Below, piece by piece: positions 21,302 to 30,896 of a stretch of 64,000 nt of DNA. Origin of the DNA: Negativicutes bacterium (GTDB lineage Bacteria; Bacillota; Negativicutes; UBA1444). Every line of letters starts with the position of its first letter. The first letter of the stretch is position 1. The notes below the pieces were generated by a model. That model saw nothing but the letters and a program-made list of their open reading frames with translations, ran no database searches and was not told the origin of the DNA. Made by a program: the position numbers and the translations under genes. The stretch spans positions 32,001 to 96,000 of the forward strand of contig CAXXIN010000016.1 of assembly GCA_963665275.2 (NCBI GenBank), written 5' to 3'.

Positions 21302-22282
21302 TTATACTACCTCAAACGGATTCTTTTGCCCTTCCTTGAATAAACAACAGCCGCTGATCGCGTGCTTGACCATGTCGTTAACCGCCTGATCGGTATAAAA
21401 AGCAGTGTGCGGGGTCAGGATGACGTTGGGAAAACTCTTCAAGATCGCCATTTCCTGATTGCCAAGAACTTGTGAGGTTAAATTTAAATAGTACAGTCCA
21501 AATTCGTTCTCAAGTACGTCCAATGCTGCAGCGCCCACTTTGCCGCTCTTGATACTTCTTATCAATGCCTGTGTATCAATCAGACCGCCTCTGGCGGTAT
21601 TTATTATAATAACGCCATTTTTCATCTTGTTCAATGTTTCGTCGTTAAGCAGATGGTAATTTTCAGGGGTGGACGGGGCATGAAGAGTAACGATATCAAC
21701 GTTTCTCAATAGGGTCTCTAAATCAACATATTTCGCATGTTTTTTCACTTCTTCATTGGGACAGATATCGTAAGCCAATATTTTACAGCCAAAACCGCTT
21801 AAATGTTGAATGAGTGTTTTGCCAATTTTCCCTGTACCAATTATGCCAACAGTACATTCTGATAGTTCGATCCCTCTTTTGCCTGCCAAAGAAAAATCCT
21901 GTACGGCATGACGGTCCATGATGCTCTTGACCTTCCGACATGACATCAGCATCAGCATAATCGCATAATTCGCAACGCTATTGGGCGAGTAGGCAACCGT
22001 GCTGATTTTTAGTCCCAATTCTTTTGCTTTGACCAAATCAAAATGTTCAAAACCGACAGATCGGCTGGTTATATATTTGATGCCAAAGTCATGAAATCGC
22101 TGCAAAATGTTTGCATTCATGTCGGATACGATAATGCTTACTCCTTCATAACCTTTAACCAGAGCAGCATTATCGATACTCGGATATTCTTTGGAGAATC
22201 CGATTTCAACACCGTATTCTTTGGAATATTTTTCGAAAAATTCCGCTTCGTCATCCCGGTAGTTATACACAAAGATCCTCAT
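21302..22282 (-). CDS. D-isomer-specific 2-hydroxyacid dehydrogenase (LdhA/VanH family)
   Basis: YSPNSVA, GTGKIG, INTARG, ALDVLENE, TPHTAFYT. Confidence 0.92.
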   Translation of the reverse strand: MRIFVYNYRDDEAEFFEKYSKEYGVEIGFSKEYPSIDNAALVKGYEGVSIIVSDMNANILQRFHDFGIKYITSRSVGFEHFDLVKAKELGLKISTVAYSPNSVANYAIMLMLMSCRKVKSIMDRHAVQDFSLAGKRGIELSECTVGIIGTGKIGKTLIQHLSGFGCKILAYDICPNEEVKKHAKYVDLETLLRNVDIVTLHAPSTPENYHLLNDETLNKMKNGVIIINTARGGLIDTQALIRSIKSGKVGAAALDVLENEFGLYYLNLTSQVLGNQEMAILKSFPNVILTPHTAFYTDQAVNDMVKHAISGCCLFKEGQKNPFEVV

Positions 22283-22461
22283 CGCTACTAGTATCCTCCT
22301 ACAGTTTTATACGTGTACTTTTTTCGCTGGGTCCAGCATCTTCAAGCTATCGTTTTGAATTCGCTCACGTTTCAGCCGAGATCTTTTCAGGGACAATTAG
22401 TTCATTTATTCAATTACAGTCTATCTTCGCGTATAAATACATTTGCACGGTGAATAACCTA

Positions 22462-22476
22462 GCAATTATCGTGCCA
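22462..22476 (-). promoter_or_regulatory. Sigma54 promoter of the D-2-hydroxyacid dehydrogenase gene
   Basis: Minus strand TGGCACGATAATTGC, consensus -24/-12. Confidence 0.88.
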
Positions 22477-22660
22477 GAAAATATTGTTCAACAACAAATG
22501 CTTTACTTGAGATTGTTAACCAACAATATACTCCTTGATGTTGTTGATATTATTGCTTTTTGTGCGCCGTGTATACATTTAATAAACACAGCCGAGATCA
22601 GATCGCTATAGGGATCATTGTGATAAAAAATTAATAATTGCGTTTTCTAGAGCCCGCAAC

Positions 22661-22696
22661 TATGTGAAACCGCATCGCTTGATGCGGTTTTGCATC
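22661..22696. promoter_or_regulatory. Tandem putative enhancer sites (TATGT-N6-GCATC and GATGC-N6-GCATC)
   Basis: Same motif and tandem layout as 12687-12721; about 185-220 bp upstream of the sigma54 promoter. Confidence 0.65.
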
Positions 22697-22904
22697 AGAA
22701 AATATAACATCAAATAAGATTTAACATTATTATTGCCTATTCATATGTTGAGTAGTGAGTTTTATTAAAAAAATGCGATTGGAACGATTGCTGCATGAAC
22801 AAAAAAGCCCGCACGTACTAGTACGTTCAGGCCAATCGCTGAATGCGCAATCTATTGCGACATAGTAATGCTGGGCAATTAAGTGTAATGAGCGGAAAAA
22901 AATA

Positions 22905-23720
22905 TCAATCGTTTTGAAAAGAAAGATCCAGTGGGTTGCGATTCGGCAACCGTCGAAATCCGTATTGGGGATAGCCGACCATGAGGGCTCCCGTCGGTTT
23001 TTTGCCGCTAGGAACTTCGAGCAACTCCAACAGCGGAGAGAAGCCTGAAAAAGCAGCTGCCTCAAGCAATCCGGCCCAGCAAGTTCCCAGGCCGATACTC
23101 GGTGCGAACAAGTCGACATAGGATAGAGAGAGCAAGGTGTTCTCCCGGCCGCGCGCAAATTTTATATCGGCGAGTCCCAGTACAAGAGCCGGCGCATCTC
23201 GCAAAATCGAATCGCGGGCATATTCTCGGTACATCGACACATATTGAGCATAAGTTTTGGCAGCAGGAGAATGTTGCTGTTCTGGAGCCTCCATCCAGAC
23301 AATCGTTTGCTCTGTGAGGGCGTGCAACGTTTCCGGCCGATCAATAACGCAGTAGGAGATACCCTGAGAATTGCCGCCTGAAGGCGCGAATCGGGCAATA
23401 TCTATCAGCTCGCGCAGTTTTTCGCGCGGAACAGGCTTGGTTTTGTAGCCGCGCATGGAGCGCCGTGAGCGCAGAAATAAGCGGGCTGCCGCTTCGCTGG
23501 GGACGTAGCCGGCTTCTAACGGGACTTGCCCGGCGAGCGGCGCCCGACAATTGTCGAGCGCTTTTATGGGGCAGACGGCCACACACTGTCCGCAGGCGAT
23601 GCATAGCTCGGCATGATTGTCTGTGGGCCATGGTGATAAATGAATCAACCCTCGCGGACAGACGGCGGCGCACAGCCCGCACTTGACGCAGAGGTGTTGA
23701 TCGGCAGTTAGCAGTTGCAT
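22905..23720 (-). CDS. Nitroreductase family protein with N-terminal 2x4Fe-4S ferredoxin domain
   Basis: CVKCGLCAAVCP, CIACGQCVAVCP, RRSMRGY, APSGGNSQ, GLGTCW. Confidence 0.9.
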   Translation of the reverse strand: MQLLTADQHLCVKCGLCAAVCPRGLIHLSPWPTDNHAELCIACGQCVAVCPIKALDNCRAPLAGQVPLEAGYVPSEAAARLFLRSRRSMRGYKTKPVPREKLRELIDIARFAPSGGNSQGISYCVIDRPETLHALTEQTIVWMEAPEQQHSPAAKTYAQYVSMYREYARDSILRDAPALVLGLADIKFARGRENTLLSLSYVDLFAPSIGLGTCWAGLLEAAAFSGFSPLLELLEVPSGKKPTGALMVGYPQYGFRRLPNRNPLDLSFQND

Positions 23721-23780
23721 TGGCGTCTATCCTTTCTCGGAGCAGTGCCCGAAATTGCAGAAAGTGGGGAAAAGTGCAGG

Positions 23781-24077
23781 TTACAGTGCGACCTGTTCGC
23801 CTTGATACACGGCGACGACTGTTTTTGCTGCCAGCAGGTCTTTCGACTGTTTGCGCCATTCGGCAATATGCGCGGAGGCGGCGTGTGTTCGCAAGGCATC
23901 CAAACTAGCCCATTCCTCCACAAACATGCAGCTGCCGGGATCATAGGAGTTGTCAAGCAGAATGTAACTGATACAGCCTTCTTCCGCATTCGTGGCTGCA
24001 ATAACCGTTTTGGCCAGGGTCAGCAACTCTTGCTTACATTCGGGTTTGACCGAGACTTTTGCGATAACAATAACCAT
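23781..24077 (-). CDS. ABM-family protein (putative quinol monooxygenase)
   Basis: EEGCISY, FVEEWASLDALRTHAASAH; 98 aa; RBS aaggagg. Confidence 0.85.
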   Translation of the reverse strand: MVIVIAKVSVKPECKQELLTLAKTVIAATNAEEGCISYILLDNSYDPGSCMFVEEWASLDALRTHAASAHIAEWRKQSKDLLAAKTVVAVYQGEQVAL

Positions 24078-24198
24078 TAATATGAGCCTCCTTAAAAATC
24101 TTTAATATTAGCTTTTTTCGTCAACATAGGGTTTGATTCCTGCAGGGTCTACGTTGGATGAATGAAAGAAAAAATCTCTATCACTATTTGTGCTCAAA

Positions 24199-24224
24199 AG
24201 GAGAAGCAGCTCTAAACCGCGAAT
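24199..24224 (+). promoter_or_regulatory. SigmaH-type promoter
   Basis: AGGA-N18-GAAT upstream of the Zn-dehydrogenase gene. Confidence 0.5.
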
Positions 24225-24239
24225 GTTTCACGTGGAAAT
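24224..24239. other. parS-like site
   Basis: TGTTTCACGTGGAAAT matches 14/16 of TGTTTCACGTGGAACA; intergenic. Confidence 0.4.
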
Positions 24240-24363
24240 ATTTCAAATCATGAAAATAGTGTTTGATGGATAATCGAGAAGAGCGGCAATGATATGTTTT
24301 TGGAAATACGCGTGTCAGAAATCAGGCAAATTGGGCTGAATGCAGGGAGGAATGGCGCAAGAG

Positions 24364-25377
24364 ATGAAGGCAATCTATTTGCAGTCTCCAGGTAACATCG
24401 TCATGACCGAGGTTTCCCAGCGTTCTCGTAAACCGGACGAAATATTGATTCGGGTTCGCAGTCTGGGAATTTGCGGCTCGGATATTGGAGCTTTCATGGG
24501 AACAAACCCGTTGGTATCTTATCCGCGGATTGTCGGACATGAAGTTGCAGGCGAAGTCGTTGAAATTCCGTCAAATGAGAAACACCTTGCGGTCGGCGAC
24601 CATGTTGTCTTGGAGCCTTATGTTTTCTGCGGCAAATGCTACCCGTGCCAAAACAATAAGACCAATTGTTGTGAAAACCTGACAGTCCTTGGGGTGCATA
24701 TCGATGGTGCAATGGCTGAATATTTTTCACATCCTCGTCACTTGGTTCACAAAGTTCCCAAAGATATTGCCTGGAATTTGCTGGCGATGGTTGAGCCGCT
24801 GACGATTTCCATGCATGCGGTCAAGCGCAGCCGCGTCAAATTCGGCGAGCATGTTGTGATTACCGGGGCTGGACCGATAGGGCTTTTGGCGGCCCAGTAC
24901 GCGTTGACACTCGGGGCGGTGCCGGTCATGGTGGACCCGGTGGAAGAACGGCTGAAGTTTGCCAAAAAAACGGGGATTGATCATGTCGTCAATCCGATAC
25001 AAACAGATGCAGTAAAGGTGATTAAATCAATCACAGGCGACCGGCTGGCAGAAGTGGTGATTGAAGCATCAGGAAACGCAGCCGCAATTCGCAGCAGCAT
25101 AGACTATGTTGCCTATGCGGGGAGGATCGCGTTGGTCGGCTGGCCCAAGAGTGAAATTTCATTGCCTACGGCATTTTTCACCAAGAAAGAACTCGACATC
25201 GTGGGTTCCCGGAATAGTTTTCACGATTTCCCGGAAAGTATAGGCTTGATTGCTCAGAAAAAAGTTGATGTGGCAGCCTTGATCACTAAAACCATCCCGT
25301 TTGCAGCGGTGCCGGAACTCATCGCTGATATTGCGGCGCATCCCGGCAACTATTTGAAAGTTGTCGCTCTGTTGTAA
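24364..25377 (+). CDS. Zinc-binding (MDR) sugar-acid/alcohol dehydrogenase
   Basis: GICGSD, GHE, CGKCYPC..CC, GAGPIG; start uncertain (24340/24352/24364). Confidence 0.88.
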   Translation: MKAIYLQSPGNIVMTEVSQRSRKPDEILIRVRSLGICGSDIGAFMGTNPLVSYPRIVGHEVAGEVVEIPSNEKHLAVGDHVVLEPYVFCGKCYPCQNNKTNCCENLTVLGVHIDGAMAEYFSHPRHLVHKVPKDIAWNLLAMVEPLTISMHAVKRSRVKFGEHVVITGAGPIGLLAAQYALTLGAVPVMVDPVEERLKFAKKTGIDHVVNPIQTDAVKVIKSITGDRLAEVVIEASGNAAAIRSSIDYVAYAGRIALVGWPKSEISLPTAFFTKKELDIVGSRNSFHDFPESIGLIAQKKVDVAALITKTIPFAAVPELIADIAAHPGNYLKVVALL

Positions 25378-25423
25378 AGGCTGATAAAACGATTACCACG
25401 TTGACGCAGATGCTAATGCCAAA

Positions 25424-25460
25424 CAAGAAGCCCAGCTCCGTAATGGAGCTGGGCTTCTTG
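25424..25460. terminator. Terminator hairpin between convergent genes
   Basis: 16-bp perfect stem caagaagcccagctcc / ggagctgggcttcttg. Confidence 0.75.
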
Positions 25461-25517
25461 TACTGTTCGATATTAAGAATGTTGCTGACATGAATGAAGA
25501 GGGATGATCGCTGTGAA

Positions 25518-26507
25518 TTACTGCACTTTGGCGACAATTTTTTCGATTTCGATGGATTTTTTCAGCATACCGTTTTGAATCAGGAAATCCTGCGTGCGTT
25601 TCAATTCTTCGATGTCGGAAGGTTTGACAGTTGGGTCGAAATCGTACCAGGGGTACATCTGCTTCACGGCGTCAAGCGCCAACCCCGTTTCCTCGGCCGT
25701 CATCTTTAAAGCTTCTTCTGGGTTGGATTTGAGTTCGGCTAAGGCAGTATTGTGTACTTGCAGGAATCGTTTGACGAGGCCGGGGTATTTTTGTAGAAAC
25801 GGTCCGCTGACGGCTGTCACGATGGTGGCTTCCACCAGTCCTTCGCCGTTGGTCAGAATCCGTGCACCGGCTTTTTCGGCTCGAATCGCATCAGGTCCGG
25901 CCGAGAGGGCGGCGGCAACGCTACCGTTCATAAGGGCGGCGGTTGAACTGGGGAGATCCATTGAGACGAACTCGATATCGTCTGGCTTCATGCCATTCTT
26001 TGCGAGTGAAGCCAGGATGAGCTGATGCAGAATGGTTCCTTTGGGACCGGCAACTTTTTTGCCTTTCAAATCGGTGATTTTCTGAATGGAATCGCCTTTA
26101 ACAAGCACCACAAACGCTTTTGGGGCCCGGCTGTAGATTCCAATTATCTTCAGATCAACACCGTTAGCGGCTGCGAGGATGGCCGAGGTTCCGCCCAAAC
26201 AATGGGCAAAATCCAACGAACCGGCTGCCAGGGCTTCGGTTTGTTTTGACCCGACGGTGATTTCAGGGAAAGTGACTTTGATATTGTCTTTGGCGAACTC
26301 TTTTTCAAAAGAGTTCATCTTCTTCTCAATGATGGAAGGCACGTTGAGTGGGGCTTTGACATAGGTGATGCTGATGGACGCCGGATTTTGCGCTGCAGGC
26401 TTGGCCTCAGGCTGCGACGGCGTGACGGGGCTTTTTCCGCAACCCGTTAGGGTTAGTAGTAGCGACAAGATCAGGACGAAAGAGAGTACAAGTGAGTTTC
26501 GTTTCAT
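25518..26507 (-). CDS. NitT/TauT/SsuA-family ABC transporter substrate-binding lipoprotein
   Basis: Lipobox LTGC, ALAAGSLDFA, DLKGKKVA. Confidence 0.87.
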   Translation of the reverse strand: MKRNSLVLSFVLILSLLLTLTGCGKSPVTPSQPEAKPAAQNPASISITYVKAPLNVPSIIEKKMNSFEKEFAKDNIKVTFPEITVGSKQTEALAAGSLDFAHCLGGTSAILAAANGVDLKIIGIYSRAPKAFVVLVKGDSIQKITDLKGKKVAGPKGTILHQLILASLAKNGMKPDDIEFVSMDLPSSTAALMNGSVAAALSAGPDAIRAEKAGARILTNGEGLVEATIVTAVSGPFLQKYPGLVKRFLQVHNTALAELKSNPEEALKMTAEETGLALDAVKQMYPWYDFDPTVKPSDIEELKRTQDFLIQNGMLKKSIEIEKIVAKVQ

Positions 26508-26585
26508 TTTGCTACCTCCAGTTTCGTTGAAGAATTTGCGTCTCGATTTGCGACAGGGTCGTATCGTCGGGTTTTGGGCTGTTGT

Positions 26586-27323
26586 TTAAAAGCCGCCGAG
26601 TGAATCCAGAATATCCTGTTGCACCCGCAAGAAGTCTTTATGGGTTGGGTCACGTGGATAAGGCATCTCGACAGGGATTTCTCTGACGAGTGTTCCGGCA
26701 TCCATCACCAGGATTTTCTGTCCCAGATAGATAGCCTCGGTGACATCATGAGTGACGAAAATCAGAGTCTTCTTTTGCTTCAGGAACAAATCCGTCATTT
26801 CCCGCTGCAATCTCTTGCGGGTAAAATAGTCGAGGGCTCCGAACGGCTCATCCATCAAGATGAGGTCTGGGTCGTAGCACAAGGTTCTTCCCAGAGCTAC
26901 CCGCTGAGCCATGCCGCCGGAGAGCTGCGAAGGATAGGCGTCGCGGAAGGATTGCAATCCGAGCTGGTTGAGCGTTGGGGTAACAATGGCGGATACTGTG
27001 GTCGGAGGAAGCGTCTTATCCAGCGAAAATGCCATGTTTTCATAAACGGTAAGCCAGGGCATCAGTCGGGGTTCTTGAAAAACAAAGCCGGTTTTGGGTG
27101 AGTTTTGTTGGTTTTGGAGATCCGACCATTGAATTTGGCCGGAGCTCTTCTGCTCCAGGCCGCCTAAAAGACGCAACAGCGTGGTTTTGCCGCAGCCGCT
27201 TTTGCCGACAATAACTGTGAAGCTGCCATGAGCGATCGTGGCGCTCACGTTATTCACAGCATCGATTGATTGTTCCCCCAGAACAAATTGTTTGGAGAGA
27301 TTCTGCAGCTTAGCCCCGGCCAT
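26586..27323 (-). CDS. NitT/TauT-family ABC transporter ATP-binding protein
   Basis: GKSGCGKT, FQEPRLMPW, LSGGMAQR, LMDEPFGALD. Confidence 0.92.
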   Translation of the reverse strand: MAGAKLQNLSKQFVLGEQSIDAVNNVSATIAHGSFTVIVGKSGCGKTTLLRLLGGLEQKSSGQIQWSDLQNQQNSPKTGFVFQEPRLMPWLTVYENMAFSLDKTLPPTTVSAIVTPTLNQLGLQSFRDAYPSQLSGGMAQRVALGRTLCYDPDLILMDEPFGALDYFTRKRLQREMTDLFLKQKKTLIFVTHDVTEAIYLGQKILVMDAGTLVREIPVEMPYPRDPTHKDFLRVQQDILDSLGGF

Positions 27324-28089
27324 AGTCGGTTTCCTCTCCTTCTTTCCACGGGACGAGTTTCTTTGCCAAGTGAAAGAAGACCCAGTCAATTAATGTACCC
27401 ATAATTCCAATGGTCAGAATGCCGACAATCACGATATCGGGGCGGGATAATTGTTCTGCATCCAAAATCATGTAACCGATGCCGGACGAAGCCGCAATCA
27501 ACTCGGCGCCGACCAACGCCCGCCAACTGTAACCAAGACCGAGCCTCATGCCGACGATGATCGAAGGCAGTGCTGCTGGAAGAACAACATAGCGGAGAAT
27601 TCGGCGCCGGTCCATGCCGAAGGATTTTGCGACTTCAACCAATTTGATATCACAGCTCCCGACTCCGTGCAGCGTGTTAAAAAAAATCGGGAAAAATGTC
27701 GCCATAATCACGATGAGGAGTTTGGGCAACTCGCCAATGCCGAACCATAGGATCAGGATTGGGATGGTTGCCAGCGGAGGAATATGCCGGAGGCATTCGA
27801 GAGAAACGTGCAGATACGGATTCCAGTTCTTGTTCATTCCCAGTAGGACTGCGATCGGAAAAGCTAACAGCAGTGCAGCGCTAAAACCAGCGAATACCCG
27901 AAAAATGCTGATAAGGAGGTGTCTGGACAAGGAACCGTCTCCAAGGGCTAGCAAAAAAGCATCTGCAACTTCAGTAGGCGGCGGAATAATATAAGCGTTC
28001 CATAATGCATAATGGGACCCTACAGCCCAAAGAAACAGGAAAATTAAGGGGATATAGAGTCCTTTGATAGTGTTGGTCGGGGTTCTCAT
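27310..28089 (-). CDS. NitT/TauT-family ABC transporter permease
   Basis: IPPLA..P..ILWFGIGE, EAA-type loop, LVGAELIAASSGIG. Confidence 0.92.
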   Translation of the reverse strand: MRTPTNTIKGLYIPLIFLFLWAVGSHYALWNAYIIPPPTEVADAFLLALGDGSLSRHLLISIFRVFAGFSAALLLAFPIAVLLGMNKNWNPYLHVSLECLRHIPPLATIPILILWFGIGELPKLLIVIMATFFPIFFNTLHGVGSCDIKLVEVAKSFGMDRRRILRYVVLPAALPSIIVGMRLGLGYSWRALVGAELIAASSGIGYMILDAEQLSRPDIVIVGILTIGIMGTLIDWVFFHLAKKLVPWKEGEETDYGRG

Positions 28090-28125
28090 AGTTCAGGACT
28101 CCGCGTCACGATTTCCTCACCTGCC

Positions 28126-28256
28126 AAAAAAATAAACTCTGCGCGATTGGCGCAGAGCAGATGAACAGTGTGACACAAGATTGCCGAAGCAAGTGCATCA
28201 TTTCGTCCACCCCTCGGCGTCAGGCCTGCGCCCTGTTCCTCAGGAGTCCGTATATC
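28126..28256 (-). promoter_or_regulatory. Structured 5' leader ending in an intrinsic terminator (riboswitch/attenuator candidate, family unassigned)
   Basis: Terminator ctctgcgc-caatc-gcgcagag plus U tract 37 nt before the permease start; cUUCGg hairpin; potential antiterminator ggcgcagg. Confidence 0.65.
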
Positions 28257-28262
28257 ATGTTA

Positions 28263-28291
28263 ATTATAAGCTGACGGAGAAAAATTATCAA
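28263..28291 (-). promoter_or_regulatory. SigmaA promoter
   Basis: TTGATA-N17-TATAAT on the minus strand. Confidence 0.75.
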
Positions 28292-28300
28292 TATCACGTA

Positions 28301-28747
28301 TTACCAGTAAAAGCCCGGCACTTCACTTTTTTCTTTGCCACCGGCATTGAGATTTGTTTCGCCGTTGATTATGCGTTCGGCGCGTTCAAGGTTGTCGACC
28401 TTGATGACAACCCTGGCCTCGGTTGCAGAGGTGGATGCGAAAGCGTACAAATATTCAACGTTGATGCTCGCGTTACTCAGTTTATCAAGCTGAACCATCA
28501 ATCCGCCCGGGTTATCTTCGACGGTCAGCGTCAATACTGGCGTGGATTTTACGGCATAGCCTGATCCCCGGAGGATCCGTTCCACTTTTTCCGGGTCGTT
28601 GACTACAATGCGTAGAATGCCAAAGTCGGCGGTGTCGGCAACAGACAGGGCGCGTAGGTTGATCTCATGTTCCTTTAAAACGCGTAGAACGTCCACCAAA
28701 GTGCCCGGTCGATTTTCGACGAATACAGAAAGTTGTTGAATGATCAT
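28301..28747 (-). CDS. Tandem ACT-domain protein
   Basis: QLSVFVENRPGTL, INLRALSVADTADFGILR, INVEYLYAF; usual partner of paaK. Confidence 0.9.
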   Translation of the reverse strand: MIIQQLSVFVENRPGTLVDVLRVLKEHEINLRALSVADTADFGILRIVVNDPEKVERILRGSGYAVKSTPVLTLTVEDNPGGLMVQLDKLSNASINVEYLYAFASTSATEARVVIKVDNLERAERIINGETNLNAGGKEKSEVPGFYW

Positions 28748-28764
28748 AATGCTCCTCCTTGTCG

Positions 28765-30063
28765 TCAGATATTCCTTTTGTCGATAACTCGTTTGGCTTT
28801 GCCCTCGCTGCGTTCAATTGTTTTGGGGCTGACTAGTCGTACCTTGGCGCTGACGCTCAAGGCACTTGCCAGTTCGGCTTCGATTTTGTGCTCGAGTACT
28901 TCCAGCCGCCGAATTTCATCAGAAAACATGCTTTCTGTCATTTCCACTAAAACGGTAAGATGATCGAGGTTATCGACCCGATCGACGATGAGTTGATAGT
29001 GGGGAGCTGTTTCTCCGAGTCCGAGCAGGACACTTTCCACCTGCGAAGGGAAGACGTTCACTCCTCGAATAATCAACATATCGTCGCTACGGCCCAAAAC
29101 TTTGCTCATACGGATCAACGTGCGGCCACATTCACAGGACTCGGAGGATAGAACGGTAAGGTCGCGCGTTCGGTAGCGCAGCATTGGCATGCCTTCCTTG
29201 GTAAGCGTAGTCAGCACTAACTCTCCCTTTTCACCATGCGGTAGCGATTGTCCTGTCAACGGGTCGATAATTTCCGGATAAAAATGATCTTCGTTGACGT
29301 GAAGGCCTGTTTGGCAGGCGCATTCGCTGGCGACTCCCGGCCCGATAATCTCACTGAGGCCATAGATGTCGAAAGCCTTGATGCCAAGCGCCTTTTCAAT
29401 TTCAAGACGCATTTTTTGCGACCAAGGTTCGGCGCCGAATACACCAGATTTCAGAGCCAAGGCGCTTGGGTCAATACCCATTTCCTTCATCGTTTCCGCG
29501 ATAAAGAGCGCATAAGAAGGCGTGCAGGCGATCATGGTTGTGCCGAAGTCTTTCATCAGCATGATCTGTCGTTGCGTGTTGCCGCTTGACACGGGGATCA
29601 CCGAAGCACCAACCGCTTCTGCGCCATAGTGGACGCCAAGGCCGCCGGTAAAGAGACCATATCCGTAGGCAACCTGAATGAAAGATTGTTTGTTGGCGCC
29701 TGCTGCGGTGAGTGTCCGAGCCATGACTTCGGACCAGATACCGAGATCCCGGCTGGTGTAGCCGACGACCGTGTGTTTGCCGGTGGTACCGCTGGATGCG
29801 TGCAGACGAACGATTTCTGCTAGAGGGACGGCAAACAGTCCGTATGGATAGTTGTCGCGCATGTCTTGTTTGCTAATGAAGGGGATTTTGCCGATGTCTT
29901 CCATTGAGCGGATTTCTTCCGGCAGCAGTCCGATTTTTTGCATCTGTTCACGATAAAAGGGTACCTGTCGATACGCCCGCCGTACTTGTTGAATCAATCG
30001 GGTGGACTGCAGTTCGGACATTTGCGTTCGATCCATGGTTTCCATAGGTTTGTTCCAATACAA
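28765..30063 (-). CDS. paaK: Phenylacetate-CoA ligase family protein
   Basis: [42 protein letters not shown]; TTG start after RBS ggagg. Confidence 0.92.
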   Translation of the reverse strand: MYWNKPMETMDRTQMSELQSTRLIQQVRRAYRQVPFYREQMQKIGLLPEEIRSMEDIGKIPFISKQDMRDNYPYGLFAVPLAEIVRLHASSGTTGKHTVVGYTSRDLGIWSEVMARTLTAAGANKQSFIQVAYGYGLFTGGLGVHYGAEAVGASVIPVSSGNTQRQIMLMKDFGTTMIACTPSYALFIAETMKEMGIDPSALALKSGVFGAEPWSQKMRLEIEKALGIKAFDIYGLSEIIGPGVASECACQTGLHVNEDHFYPEIIDPLTGQSLPHGEKGELVLTTLTKEGMPMLRYRTRDLTVLSSESCECGRTLIRMSKVLGRSDDMLIIRGVNVFPSQVESVLLGLGETAPHYQLIVDRVDNLDHLTVLVEMTESMFSDEIRRLEVLEHKIEAELASALSVSAKVRLVSPKTIERSEGKAKRVIDKRNI

Positions 30064-30240
30064 AGCTGATTCCTCCCATCCTACAATGCTGCATTGACTA
30101 TCTAAAAAAGACCAAGCACAGAAATTATGAGGAGCGTTCACTTCGGGCGACTAACTCCGTGAGTTTGCACGTCGAAAATTGGTTGTCGAAACAAGGAGAA
30201 CATCAAAAGAGAAGAAAGACACGTAGCGACAATCTGCATG

Positions 30241-30250
30241 TTGTATACAA
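30241..30250. promoter_or_regulatory. Palindrome TTGTATACAA, possible GntR/FadR-type operator
   Basis: Perfect 10-bp palindrome in the paaK upstream region. Confidence 0.35.
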
Positions 30251-30896
30251 TATTATCAAGTATTGTATCAGCTGCTTGAAAACATCGCAAGAAGATAATT
30301 GCTAAAAATGAAAGCAGAAGTACGCCGGAAAAGGACTTAGCGGCCGTTAATAAAAACAAAGCACCGGAGACTGGTTAACTCGCGAATGAATTCCGAGGCG
30401 TGAGTAAAGGCATTTCGAGCGATAGATCTGCGAGTATCGTTGGTGTAAACTGCCGCCTCCAGACTGGATTTGTATTAAAAAAAATAGTACAATAAAAAAA
30501 TACGGAAACACAATTCCTTGAATTGTTGCTGTTAGTTAAATGAAACGTTGCCCCGTTTTTCTTCTGTTGACGTTATTCAATATGTAATTGCAGTGGAAAG
30601 GATGGTGTTTGCGGGATTCTCTTATTGACTTGTTGATTCTGCCTATTCCGGTTTTTTTCATCGCATCGCACGGTGGGCGGAGTACCCTTTGTTGCGATGG
30701 GCGGTAGAAAGACGTCGAAGTGGAACAACGTAACTGGCGCCGGTAATGCGGTGGAAGACTTGGGCGGTACCGAAGCAATCGGGGCCTCTTATTCTCAAAC
30801 CGACGGATTTGAAACAGGATCTTTAAACGGCGCAATCAGGCAGGTACCTTACATTCCCGCGAGGGTTGGGGATATGGGGTATGAATGGAAGGAGTA

